From Lingula anatina (taxonomy: Eukaryota > Animalia > Brachiopoda): DNA of 64,000 bases. Positions 1 through 13,900 of the stretch are shown one piece after another. The first letter of the stretch is position 1. The number at the start of each line of letters is the position of its first letter. A program made the translations under genes and the position numbers. Below the pieces are notes generated by a model, which was given only the letters and a program-made list of their open reading frames with translations, made no database searches and was not told where the DNA came from. The DNA lies in NCBI GenBank assembly GCA_051362555.1, contig CM120640.1, positions 18,042,001 to 18,106,000 on the forward strand, given 5' to 3'.

Positions 1-2279
1 AACACATTACACTTCTGTTGTCTTCGCTACAGCAACGCATTATATTACTAACGTTACATTACTAGCGTTTTCAACTGCGAGCACATCCACTGTCGCATAT
101 CATGTAATTACTGGTATATTAGTAATAGAAGTTAGAGGAATCATAAATTATGCAAAGGTGATAAGTACTAAGCCAGTGCCACTTGTTCGCTATCGCACTG
201 TATGCATTCAACGACAAGGTTTTTTTCATTTATCCCAAGGCTCCGTCGTGTTTGCGTTAACTTAAAAAGTATCCGGGAATTCACAAAGTTTTGCTTTGAA
301 AAAAAAAAAAAAAAAAAAAAAGAAAAGAAAGAAAGAAAGGAAGAAACCCTTTCAACTCAGCAGTATTCATGAAATGTAACTCACACCAAAGAAATGTTTA
401 ATTGAAAAGACACTGCTTAAAATACTTGATTCGCCCATAACGTACTTTAGGTAACGGAAATATTGAGGCAGGTGCAAGATATACCAGAGGTGAATACGCA
501 ACCCAAGTTTTGGACTCGGGCTCGTTTTGTAACAAGTCGCAATCCAAGCGTGCAGTGTGGGGGCCCTGGATTGTGAGAGGGACTTATCATTTACGGGTCA
601 GGCGTTACGGAGAGAGAGAGTGCAAAAATCTTTTGAAAACTTATGTAAGCAACTTTGTACTTTTCCCGTAATGAAAACAGCAGTTTTTTCTTTTGTGATG
701 AACTGGGCCTTTCAGCTAGCTGTAAGGGTTCAGTTAAAGATGGCATTGATAAAATAGGACCATAATTTGACTGCCCAGAGTCGTGCCAGGAATATATTAA
801 CTTTATCGTCCTAAACTCGTTTTTATAAAGCATGTTCAAGCATCCGCCCGTCACCATCTTCAACGTACCCTTAGGAACTCTCCCTTCCCCTCCTTTTTTT
901 CTTAGCTGTGCTTGCATGTGGTCGGTACTCGAGAGCTTCAGATTCTCGTTCGTAAAATCCATATACATATAACTTTCAGTTTCATTTCACGCTGTATATA
1001 CCCTGTGAAACTGTTATGGCGCACACGCTGTTGAGCTTGGGCTCTTAAGTTCATTTATGATAATGTTCAAGCGACATGATACTTGTTAGTCTCGTACTTA
1101 CATAAGGGCGTTGTTACAGTTAACAAAACTACCGCTTCTACGGCGCGTCGACCTGCCCCTTGTGACATACTGAAATCTGGCTGTCGCCCCAAAACATCAA
1201 TTACCATTAGATCACTAAGAAAACTTTCACATCCCACTGACCAGAACCAAGACGAATTGCGTTCAAAAAGACATTGAGGGCAGTTTGATCAGATTGGTGT
1301 TTCGCTTATCAACAACCGAAGTTTGTTTTATCCTGCGACCTTATGCGGATCATTATGATCAGACAAAATGTTTTTCACACTAATCAAATAGAAATCGGTT
1401 TGTGATTTTATAGTATACCGGATGCTTTGTCCAAGTCTATTGCCTATATACCAAATAGGCTACGGGTGCAGGTGTCTATATTTAGAATGGAAACTTTTTA
1501 ATGGGTAATCTTTATTTTAGATAGCACGAAAACCTCAATGATCACTCGATCTTCACGTGCGCTCGTGTCTGCAGTAAGGTTTAAAGTACAAGCAAAAGGT
1601 GCACGCTCGAAAAGCATGTTAAACTGGCTCCACCGAAAAACATTTACGTCACTTTGTAAAAGGTTGATGGAAACAAAGAATACACTTAACAGCATCAGCT
1701 ATTGTGAGCAAACATACACTTGCAGTTTATAGATAACAATTTATTGTAATCAAATTTATGTACATAAAAACGAAAATAGTATGATAAACCGCGTACAAGG
1801 TGAAAAGTTAAAATATCTCCAAACCGCCAACAAGGCATACGGTACACATAAGCACATATGAAGCACCAGTACGCATATAACAACATTTTCTCATTAACGG
1901 AATGTGCCGAAAAGCTATATATAGAAATATTGATCTCATACTGAAGCTCGACTAGAGCAGTACACTGAAAGGAAGCGGTATGCGGTTACATTCATTATGA
2001 TAAAAAGGCCGTTGCTCCTTTAAACAAAATTCTTTCCCGGAAAAGTACGGTAAATTGAACTTTTCCGCATTAATCTCATCACTCTTCAAATATACTGAAA
2101 ACTGTCTTTTGATCACCGGCTTTTTAAGCTGCTGCTGAAGTTAAAATGCTTTTAAATTAAGATTCGCGGAGTTTTAATACTGATAGAAGGTGCGGTGTTC
2201 CGCTGATACATATTTGAAGCTCAGCGTGTGTTAACACCTGCAGAGGGCACGTAGTACAACTCGAGTACGCCACACGTGG

Positions 2280-4028
2280 TTACTCCCTGGACACCAAGTT
2301 ACAAGCGCCGACGCTCGGAAGGTCAACTCCCTCCACCTTTAACGTTGTCGCTTCTCTGTTACCCTTCTTCTTCACAACATGAGCAACACCGGTGACGTAA
2401 ACATTCGTCTGGCTCCAGCTGCCAAAATCTATGGTGCACCAGGCAGTCACCTGGACCCTCTTCTCAGTGGTGCCTCCAGATGTCGCGGTGAACGTTTCCA
2501 ACTGCACTGGATCAACTCGGTTGACGAAGGCGTGGCCGATAACACATTCGCGCTTGTCCTGTACCAGGAACTGTTCACCGGGAACAACTGCCTGCAGGCT
2601 GAACGCGTATCCCTCTGGGCGGCTGTCAGACCAGAAGAAGTGGGTATTGGTGTTGCAGGTCTCTCCCTTGAACGTAATCCGCTTCCCGTAGCCCATCCCT
2701 ATGCTCAGTAAGGGTAGCGCTTGGTCGTTGAACAGCGGACGCTTTGAACCGTTCGGGCGCACCAAGTAGTTGAAACCGGGAAGTATGCGCGGATCGATAT
2801 AGAAGCCTGAAATGGAAAACAATCTATAAGCCTGTCTATTCAACTGAGTGAGATCCGCTGGTTAATCGGATCGTTTGAACAGTCTATCGATAAACTGTAT
2901 TGAAAAGCACTCAAGATTTTAGATATATATTATGTATTAGTCATAAAAAAGCTGCCGCTTTGAAGTGGTAAATCTAAACGCACACCATAGACAGAAAGGA
3001 AGAAAATGGGAAGTATTCCTTACATATTTAATGTGCCATAAATAAAAGAATTCACAGGCTTTTTTATGATAAGTTCACTCTAAGATATACAGAACCCTCC
3101 AACATACTGTTAGCATGTAACTTAGGTTACTGCGATTCAGTTGTAAAATAAAACAATCAGCAATGACGAACTGCGCTCCTCACCGAGTCCTTATCTCATT
3201 TTCACTCGTCTGCAATCAAATAAGCATGTAAGCATAGCAAAAAAGCATCAAGTTATACAATTAGTTTTAAATGAGAACTTCGTTTTCAATTACCTTGTTT
3301 GGTTTCAACTTGAGAAATTTACAATTTGTATAACGTAATTCTAAGAAAAATATCTAGGATAAGCCAATAAAGTAAGATGACTACGCTTAAGACGAGTCAT
3401 CTCATTCACATAATGCATAAAGGCGACGTTATTTTCGTTCATAGGTTCTTTGTTACCTTTAGAATAATTTTCTTAAACAGACTATAACAACACAGAACTG
3501 ACTATTACCTATGACAGGCATCTCGTGTGGCTGGATTCCTTTAACAGAATACCGAGTATCGGTGACGGGGTCAAAAACAGCAATGTCTATTTCTGTTTTC
3601 TCCGGCGTTTCTTCGAAATCGGCAATCTGCTGGGTTTGTGCACAAGAAGTAGAAACATTCAATTCGCATAAATCAACTGAAGCTTTCCTCTGGTCCTCCC
3701 ACCAGGTACGAAAAAAATCGTTTTGTTTTATCCTCCGTTCCCGTCTCAGGGCATTGGTGTCAACGCCCCCATCTGTATGACGGGTTGTGTATTGTCCAAC
3801 CGCCAAGTCGAGAACGCCGTTATCCCGCGAGTCTCTCCATTCCACGTGCTCGCCATCTAAGTGGTGCAGGAACGGGTGTTGTCTGTTGTCCGTATCTCCT
3901 GTCATCGTTTGCGCTTCTTTGGATGGTTTTGAGACGAGCAGTTGGTCCACGCATTTCAGATCTGTAAGGTCAACAAAACTCCCAGGACAAGAAACAAACC
4001 CGGGGCTCACAGAACTTGAGGTGGCCAT
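2280..4028 (-). CDS. Two-exon uncharacterised protein, 348 aa (exons 4028-3509 and 2806-2280)
   Basis: The ORFs 3459-4028 and 2280-2843 join through a phase-1 intron. The donor is ATAG|GTAATA at 3509/3508 and the acceptor TTTCCATTTCAG|GC at 2807/2806, giving ...EMPVIG-FYIDPRILPGFNYLVRP...SIGMGYGKRITF...FFWSDSRPEGYAF. Spliced length 520+527=1047 nt = 349 codons. I cannot name the family. Confidence 0.8.
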
Positions 4029-4099
4029 GTATGTTTTTTCTCTGTTGCTAGTTTAGAAAAATATTCAGAAAGCACCAGTTCAATTAAATGAATCTTATT

Positions 4100-4908
4100 C
4101 ACGCTGGTTGGAATTGGTTAGTTATGTTGTTTTTGCTGCAGAGGATGATGAAAATACGGTTATAAATGCGTGTTTACGAAATATCTGGCTCTATAACGTA
4201 TTTTGGATCCTCTGTCTGGTATCGTCGAAAGGGTAATGAAATTGCTTGTGGGAATATTGTAGCATTAAGTCCACACGTAATGAATTTTTCAGGAATATGA
4301 TTGGTCATCCTGATGTCTACGATTCTGATTGGTTTCCTTTAAGCATCATTCCTAGACTGCGTGTTGTTCACGTGAAAAGCTACGTTATTTTGCTATGAAT
4401 AATTTGATTTCAAATACTTTTTAAAGCCTTCATGTATTGGATCTTAACGATATAGATGACTTCTTAAATAAGTTAAATAACAAAGACAGGACATTTGGTG
4501 GTTAGTTTGAGCCAGACAAAATTAGCACGTGCTTATGTTTACTGGTTGATTAGTATACTGCGCCCCTTCTTTCAGCGTAAAGCAAAATATCACTTTTCTT
4601 ATTCTTTCTCCCTTATAAGAAAAATTATGAAGATATCACTGATCAACAATGATATAAATTGTACCACCAGTATGTGTTGGTTTTTGTAGGAATCATATTA
4701 GAAAAAAGTAACTGACACAAAGCTGATGAAGATAGTTGGCTGATGTGCAATTGATGGAAGAGCGTCTGCCAATATGACCTATTTACCTACATCACGGAGC
4801 TGGTTGTATATATATCCTAGCTGTCATAGTGCGTGGAGTTTGTAACGTCCGTCTCTGAATCCAGGGTTACGACGTCCGACAGCTTGAGTAAGATAATCGG
4901 TCTTCAAG
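4100..4908. promoter_or_regulatory. Putative bidirectional promoter and first non-coding exon of glutamate synthase (donor at 4909)
   Basis: Lies between two divergent genes and retains CpG. ATTGG (CCAAT) at 4113, 4300 and 4328; CACGTG at 4369 and 4526; TATAA on the minus strand near 4160. A consensus donor CAAG|GTAAGT at 4908/4909 could splice to the acceptors near 7930/7938 just before the ATG at 7962. Confidence 0.5.
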
Positions 4909-7900
4909 GTAAGTTAAATGCGTTAAATTGTGTGATCAGAAAACCCCATACGAGATAATTTCCATTCATTTGTGCATATGTTTATATGAGGCGAAAGCGA
5001 TACGCACGTGGCTGGCTGGTTAACGTAGCACTTACCTATGCAGTTATATAGTTCAAATAAGGCCCGCGATTATGCTTACTTACAATATAATAACCTTATT
5101 GTTTGGAATTTTTGTACTATCTTTAAGAGTTTGCTCTGAGTAGTGCTTACAAAATGGGGAAACGCCATGAGCATTTGAGGTTAAGTTAATGGTCAACTCA
5201 AGTTCAATCAACAGTGAATCAATCGTATACATTACTCTGTACATCTACACAGCCTGCCTTTTCTTGGTCGGGGTACTTGGTCGATGACGTTGTTAATGTA
5301 ATAATGGGAAACAGTTACACGGCAGATGTCATACGGGTTTACCGGTTGCTAGTCCAACAGGCTGAGATGCGAGAGCAAAGCTTTGAAAGCATATAACAAA
5401 TAGAGAAAGGAAAAGAAAGTTTGGCCTCTCCCCTTTGACATTGCTTTGACATTGCTTTGTAATACATAACTTGGGGCAGAAAATAAAAACAGTTAAAAGG
5501 CCTACTGCAGTAACTCTAGTAGCACGGGCCCAGATACTGTCCATGTACCTTTAAATTTTATTAATGATATCCATTATGGACAGATAAGTAAAATATCTGT
5601 TTGGGTAGAAAACCATGTAATATGTGTGTTTTGTGTGTATTTTAAGAAGGTCAGTATTGTCATTGTTTATTGTGCCGTTACCTTTAGGCTTTACATCTCA
5701 GGTGTAAATAATGTACTGTACTACTAGTATGTTAGGGGCAGGCCAAAGCATTGATAGCCAAATGATTGCTTTGAGCTATATAAATACTTTATTCTTTGTT
5801 AGCAGAAATGGTGTAGTTGGAGAGGCACAGTGGCTAATAGTCCATGTCTGACAACATGTTTTGGCAAGGCTCTTTAGACCCCTCTCTAAAATTTTGGGTC
5901 CATCATATGGAATGTGCCCTTGCTTAAGAGTACATTTTCATTCTTAAGGAAGTCATTGCCCATCATGTTGTGATTGGGAATAATTGGTTTTCATACCCAT
6001 TAGGATACATATAGTGCTTGCTATTTTAGAAGGGTTGGGAATTTATGTTTTTGATATTGTTGTGGTCTGTCATATGCCTTGTAAAAAGAGTTAATTCTTA
6101 AGGGGTGATGTATAGTTGGGTAGTTATCAAAAATGATTACATAAAAAGACTTAACTGTTTTAATTGAGCTGTTAAAGTTATCATTTATCCTCTTTAAGTG
6201 GAAGGAAATGGAATGAGAAAATCAATTTATGCTTATGAAATCAGACAGGAATCTTGCAGCCAGCATCCCCTCCCTCTGGCATATCTAAATCCTTGAATGC
6301 ATAATGGGGGATTATGTAAGAACAACCAAGGTATCTGACTGCAAAGCATTAAATGACAGAAATATGTCCTTTTATCTGGTTTTAATGATTTCACTTAACT
6401 AATTCAAGAAAAACAGAATCACACATGGGGGCTATAAATTATTTCACTGGTGATGAATTAAATTTAAAAAAAAAAGAATTTGAAAAAGCATTTGGACACG
6501 AGTTGAAAAAAATGACTGCAGTGTTGTTGATGTGGCATTTAGAGGAAAGTATCAAATACATTATCAAAATCCATATTTGTAGAGTATTTTTTGCTCATGG
6601 TTTGCCATTAGGTCACTTGTATTTTATAAATACTAAGAAAAAAAATACTTTTCATAAGAAATCCCCAAAAGGTTGTAGATTGACATAGAACTGGAATCCA
6701 CCTGAGGTAGAACTTTGTATGCATGTTTAATAGCCTCCAACATTATTGATTAAAAAGTGATTATGAGACGATGTTACCAAACAACCCCAGATGTCTTATC
6801 TGAATTAGCGCCAAATCATGATTAAGTACCATCCACAAAGTGTTTTTGAGCCTTTCACTTGCAGCTTTTTTTCTGCTCATTCATTATGTATTTCAGAAAG
6901 TAAACCCTCTTGTTATTTTTTTCTATTATAAAATAGTGTGCCAGATTTTGATGGTATAATTGTATTATGGGTATGGGCATGCACTACCCATCAAAATTTT
7001 CATAAGGTTTAAGTGACCTGTAGCATGTTGTTATTCTATTGACTTGCAGTCAAAACAATGGCAGTAAAGTTGTCCTGAGATGTACCAGTACTATATATAT
7101 ACCTGACATGTTGTTGTTGTTGACGTGTGTTAGCTGAGTCGCACTGGCTTGACCCCTGGTCACAGCAATGACCACAGATAACTCCTGCTACCAGAGAGCC
7201 TTAGAAAATAATCCATTGGCATGCTGTCCATTAGTATCACAGTTGTCACTAGCTTTCAAGTGTCCATCATTGCCATTAGATTATCAACAGGTAGGTTCAA
7301 TTATCCTAGTCTGAAGTGGGTTTTTGATGAAGGAGGAGAAGCAGTGTTGGGAGGGGGTTTAGTGATACATTCTCAGACTTGGCAAAATCTCCAAGGGTAC
7401 AGCGGTCTCAAAGACCTGCTGAAATCTGGATAGTGCAGGTGTTGATGCCAAGATAATGCAAATGCAACATATATATATATATATATCCCTCCCCACTCAA
7501 GACATACTTATGTAATTGTTCCATGGTATTGGGGCTACATATATACAGTTATATTTCATATATAGGTATTTAATAGGTATTTCATTTGACTAACTGTTGT
7601 ATTTAAATTAAGGGGAGACACTCAGGAAATGCAATAATTGCTGAAAATTATGTACATGTCGAATGGTGAGTGAGAAATGATTGCTAGTCCATCTGGGCTG
7701 AATAATGCTCAGATTTCTTTGAAATTGCCAAGGGTGCTTCAATGTTGCTTAATTTTGGACTGAAAGCCATCAAGTTTAGCCATGGCTGTGTTCTTTATCT
7801 TACTGTGACTTATCTCAGACACTTCTTTTCTTACGTTTTGGATGAACTTCTAATCATTAGATGACCTTGTCTGAATAACATGTTTTTGAATATCTTTCAT

Positions 7901-7961
7901 AAAGATATCTTATTTGATGTTCTCTTTTAGTTTTGCAGACATCAAGAAAATTTAGAGTTCC

Positions 7962-10900
7962 ATGGCACAGCAGCTAGATCAACATGGTGATCCACAGGGC
8001 AAGATTGGACTCTATGACCCAGAGTGTGAACGTGATTCTTGCGGCGTGGGTTTCGTTGTCAATATAGATGGAAACAGGACTTATCAGGTACTCCAAACAT
8101 TGTGAGATAACATAATGGGTGATGCACTTGTAAAACCCAAAATGTACCAGTTGTGTACTAGTACCAATATTTGATAATCAGCCAAACACAATAATTGAAA
8201 TGTGGCAGTAAACATTCTTTGTACCTGAATAGAGATCAGCTTTAATTATTCTACCATTTGGTAGAATAAAAAGATCAAAACACTTACTAAGACATCCTCC
8301 TACATGACATATTATTGACGCAATTTGAGACAATGTAGGTATCTATATGTACAGTACTTTATGTATATTAGGAAAAAAAGGGAAATTTCTTAAGACTATA
8401 CTCTACATACTACTCTGTGCACTCAACATTTCATGTCAAAATCTAAATGGGTTATAGTGTATTAGCTCGGCATATAAACCTACATGCATATGCCCCCATT
8501 GAAAAGTTGACCTAATATTTTGTCCTAGCATGCCTGGATCACATGATCAGAGGCTGCTTGCTGTCTGGAGGGAATTATAAACATTAAAAAAAATTAGACT
8601 TTGAGCTTTTGTCTAGTGATTTTTGTTATTTGTTTAGCACATTGCATAATACCTGGCCTGGGTGTACCGACATATAGGTTATCAGATATATGTGTACTCA
8701 AATGTCTAACATGATGTATGATGTAATAACTAGATCACGTACACTAAGAACTAGATCACCGATGTCAATTTGCTATCCTTCTTTTAGGTTTTTTGTGTGT
8801 GTATTTTTTTGTTTAACTGATGTTTACTCTCTGTTACAAGAATGTTTTTGTGTTATATACTGTAACAGAACATACACTGTGCTTTACCAAGTAATTTTTT
8901 TATTGTGCAATATAAAGCATTTTAAATGATAAACTGAGATGTGGCATACTACACATGCTAAACATTACCCTTTTTGTTCACATTGAATAAGGGCTCATTC
9001 CCAATGAGACTATTGTTCTACGTAGATCATTTCAACTCAAAGGAGACTCTTGCTGAATGCAAACAGATCTGCATGCCTCCTCCCTTATATGAATACATTG
9101 CAAACAAGAGGAAGCATGTAGATCTCTTAATCTGATTGCATTAATCTGAGAGTCCCCGCAGTTGGATCAATCTTCTAATAAGTAGAATGGTGGTTTCATT
9201 GCGATAACGGGAATTGGGAATAAGCCCTAAGACATTTAAAATGTGTTTTGTGATGTGACAACTATATGCATATATTCTTTCAAATACTCGATATTTTGCA
9301 CTATTTTCATTGGGAAAATATAGCCAATGTGTGTTGTTTTCTTAAAACCAGGTGTGTCTTGATGTCATGAAATTTTTTATTCGGTTTGCCTAGTTGGTAA
9401 AGAGAAATGTTTACACATTTTTCTCTAGGTCTTGAAACATGCACAGACTATGCTGGAGCGCATGGAGCACCGCGGAGGCTGCGGGTGCGATAACGACACA
9501 GGAGATGGGGCAGGGGTATTGTGTGGGATTCCTCATGAGCTTTATGCAAAAGTTGTAAGGTATGTATTATGTATATCATATTTTCCACAGTGAGATGGGT
9601 GAATGCATTTTCAGCAAAACTTGTTAAATGAGGGGAGCCTGGAAGCAAAGAAATGTTAGTGAAAGTGAAAGAGGATGGGCCGTAGGTGGTTATCATGTTG
9701 TGTAACATACATATTTGACACTGACAAGGGAGACTGGGAGGGGTATTTGAAAAATTATGTAAATAATAGTTTGGGTCATCATTTGTTAGGTAAGAGGCCA
9801 GTACATGTACATTGGCAGGAAGTGTGGTTACATTTGTGTTTATTTTTATAGTGATGTCTATTTTAAAGGTTGTTATGTTTTTTAAACAAGTGAACTACGA
9901 GTGTATTGTTCATCATTGAATTAAATTGTCTGTGGTACAGAGTGGCTTATTTGAAATTATGATCTCAGCATAAATTTAAAAATAAGTTGTGTCAAAGGAA
10001 ATTTCCCTGATTAATATATACATTAATATAAATCAATGTAAGTGCATTGAGATAATTTGGCAGATTTTAAATTTTGTTTGAAATGTTTTGAAGGGAAGAA
10101 CATGGCATCAACCTTCCAGAGCAAGGTGCCTATGCAACTGGGATTTTCTTCATGGATGAACAGGGCTCTAAGAAGTGTGAAATGTTGTTTGATCAACTTG
10201 CTACTGACAATGGACTGGAGGTAGATTTACACTTAACGTCTGGATTAATTTTCAGTGAAAAAAGGAGAATTCTTTTTTTAACCAGCTTGATGGTTTCTGA
10301 TAAGAAAATAGCTATTCACTTTTTTTCTTTTCTGACATTTTCTAGCATTTTTCTAAAGGTGTTTATCCCAAATGTCACGAAACCTGTAATATTTTAGAAG
10401 TCTTACTCTTTTTGATATACAAAAGAAGACACTCTACAGTTACTGTAATACAAGAACACAACTAAAAACAAATTGACATTTGGAACAACTACTCAAAAGA
10501 AACATGCAAAGATAAGTTGCTGTCAGCATACACTTTACTTCCTGTTTGTATGTCACTGAGACCAATGAAATAGCATTATTTTTTTAAAGACAAAATTTTA
10601 CTTTAAGATATATTCTGAATTATTTTTGTGCACTCTTAATTTTTTAACATGATACATTGGATGGCTATCTTAGCTGTATAGCTGACCTATTTATGCACCT
10701 GTTAAGGTACCTAATAAACCTAATAGTAGAAGGAATCTGTAGGGCATTGCTCTCTTCAGTGGCACACATGTTTATCAATGAACCTATCACCTATCTCTTA
10801 TTAATGTGAAGGTTCACCCCAATATGATTTCAGCTTCTATGAAAAAAGAAGTGTAAAGTCTTTATTTCATCACTTATGTATTTATGTGGTTAGCAAATAT

Positions 10901-13900
10901 TGTTGTCATTGAAAAAAAAATGTCTGAAATTATATTGTTTTTAAGAGGAATTAAATGGAGCCCAGTTGATTATTGGAGTTAAATTGGTCCAAACATTTTT
11001 TATATGTTTTTATTTATTATGAACAGCCCAAGTGTCTCGGGCTAAATCTTGTGTTGATTTTTCTAGGTACTCTGTTGGAGGACAGTCCCTGGTGATAATA
11101 AGGTCATTGGCAGCATTGCAGCAGCCAAGGAACCTCTGCTTAGACAGGTGAGTTTAGGGAAAGTTTAGTGTTGTCGGTTAAGGGGGGGGGGTCGAAATGG
11201 CAGGCTGATAGAATATGTGGGAAGTTGTTGTGAACACTTGTGAGTAAAGGAATGGTAGGATGAAAAGGGGGATGCTCTATGCACAGTTGGCAGTATAGGA
11301 GGTGGTTTACAGTTGAAAACAATTATCAGAATGGTTGGCTATAATGATGATCATATCATCACCTATCATCATGATGATAATTATCATCATCATCAAAATA
11401 ATAATAAAAATAACAGCCATAGAGAGTATTTTCTGTTTTGCTAGTTTAGATGCTAATGGGTTTTTCATTCAAATCATCTTTCAGTATACAAACAGATCAT
11501 CATTCATTGTACAAACAGGTTCCACCTAGCTCTACTAATGAATTGCTATGGTACTTGCATGATTAATAAGGCGATTATAAGATTAATTACTTATCCAGTA
11601 ACGTGGGATGATGTACTTACTAGGCATGTTAATATGAAATGCCGCGTGCACATTGTTTAAACTTTGTCTAGTCTAACACTCTTGAATACACACATTATGT
11701 TTACTTATCCATGGTTTGAAGCAATACTAGTACATGTTGGTATAATGATTATTTCAATGAAGAGAAGAACCCCAAAAATGCATAACCTTACTGTAGGGAC
11801 AGTCTATGCATATTAACTGTCCCTGAAAGGTAACCAGTGGGTAGCTATGTAGAGCTGTGCCTATAATATTATTTTTGAGAGGGCACTAGTACTCCTGACG
11901 GTGAAGCATTGATCATGGGGATGCCAATATACCACATTTAGTGGCCACATGTGGATATAGGTATATGTACTGTAGGTATTTGTGGCTATAAGTAATAGGT
12001 TACTTATTCTTAGTCTTGGTCTGAAATGCCCTCTCATTGTATACAAAATAAGGGCAAAAAGAAAATGCTTAAATTGACAGCATTTGTGAAAATGTAGTGG
12101 TCTAGTGTTAATTATATATGGTTTAGTGTTAATGGATCAGAAATGATTCCATAAAAAAATGACGTTTATGAATTTTCCTGTATCTTGCACATGATTGAGG
12201 GGGGTATATCTGGCTTATAGAAAATTTTATGATATAAAACAATAAGTTATTCTGAAGTTTATGTTAAGTATCAGTCTCTCATGGGAACTGACTATATTTC
12301 TATATTCCACTATGTCTGTGTGCCTGAAAATCTAAAGCAGAGTGAGAATATATCATTACCAAACAGCTCTTATTCCTCAAACCTATACAGCATGAGACAA
12401 AAACATGTATCATTCAGTTTACACAATTGTGGTTAAGGTAGAAAGGTGAACCAGGATGAAAAAGTACATTTCCTTGAGATTACAGACCTAGCTCCATGTG
12501 AAGCATACATAATCAGGGGATTTTTGATTACGAAACCTTCCAAGTTCATTGAACAGAGCATCTTGAGGTTTTATGTAATACCCATTAACAATTCTGTAAA
12601 TACTTACACTTAGCTCAAGCCATCTATTAGGCCCCATTTTACAAACAAACACAGGTAGGGAGTACGTGCCTATATTCATCATAAATAGATACAGAGATAG
12701 GAAAATCAAGAGACAGGTAGAAATATAAGAATGGTATTCTATTTGTATCTTATCTTTTGTGTCTTTTCAAAAGAAGTGGTTTTATATTCTGCAATACATG
12801 TGTTTACAGCCAAGATACTTTAAAGTATTTTTCTTTCTTTTTATTAATTAATTTTTTTGTATTTTATTATTTAATTTCATAGTAAAGAGTCAACACAGAT
12901 GAGAATAGTACTTATCTCTTTCAATTAGGAACAGTTAGTTGGTAGACCAGTCAAAACTAGTTTTCACTGCAGTTACACATAACCTGACACAACTTTGGAA
13001 TTGTATAGGTCAAGCATGGTCGGCTAGATGAAACTGCAATACAGCCAGATTGCTGCCTATATTTGAATATAAGGACAAAATGCCACAATAAAACCCTAAG
13101 GTATATACAGGCAGTCAACTTCATTGATGATTTGCAAATTATGTTAGACATGTTGAAATAAAATCAAAATGAAACCCTGGGCAAATCCATTTTGATAAGG
13201 TTATTTCTAGAAACAACATGTTTTGTAGTTTTGTGTTCTCCTGTAAAGACGGAAATGGCAGAATAAATTCTGGTCAAATTTATCAGCTTAGGTGATTTAT
13301 TTTGAGATACAGAGGCAAAAATATCAGATACTAATTATATAAGTTGGCAGTTCTTAATAGATTATGACTAAGAAGACAGACATGAAAGAAAAACACCAAG
13401 TAATTTATATTTTTTTTCCTGAATTAAGATATTTTTTATCCAATTGATCATTTCTTAATTAAGACAGCAAACTTTTTTGTTTGATTTTAAGTAAATGGAG
13501 CTGCTAGTTAAGATTGGGATGCTTATTTCCATTTAAATTAGATAATGAACAGACTAAAATGGAAATGTCATGTGAATTTTCAAGAAAGAGATACAGCATA
13601 ATATATTATTTCTTAATGAAAATGATAATAAGATAACTTCTCAGACAGCTGTGATTTATTTCCTATAAAGGTAGAGTTTTTATACATTACAGGCAAATGT
13701 GGTTATAAATTGTTTCCAAAAATATGATAATGGTTTCCTGAACAATTTTAACTGCATAGGTAATGCTATTCAGAAATTCCAACAATAATATCAAAGAAGT
13801 TATATGCATTTTCTGTGTAAATAGACATTTCTTTGTAAAATAAGATGAAAGCATTAAACTGAAAATGAAGTGTTTGGCAAAATTTAAGTTGTTAGGATTA

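Noticed and set aside
591-968. 125-aa minus-strand ORF
   Set aside because: No recognisable motif or convincing splice context, and the neighbouring gene already terminates at 2280.
2379-4056. Plus-strand ORFs 2379-2711, 2431-2691, 3511-3780 and 3787-4056
   Set aside because: Antisense shadows of the real minus-strand exons.
11335-11529. Ile/Met-rich ORF
   Set aside because: Produced by (ATC/ATA)n low-complexity intronic sequence.
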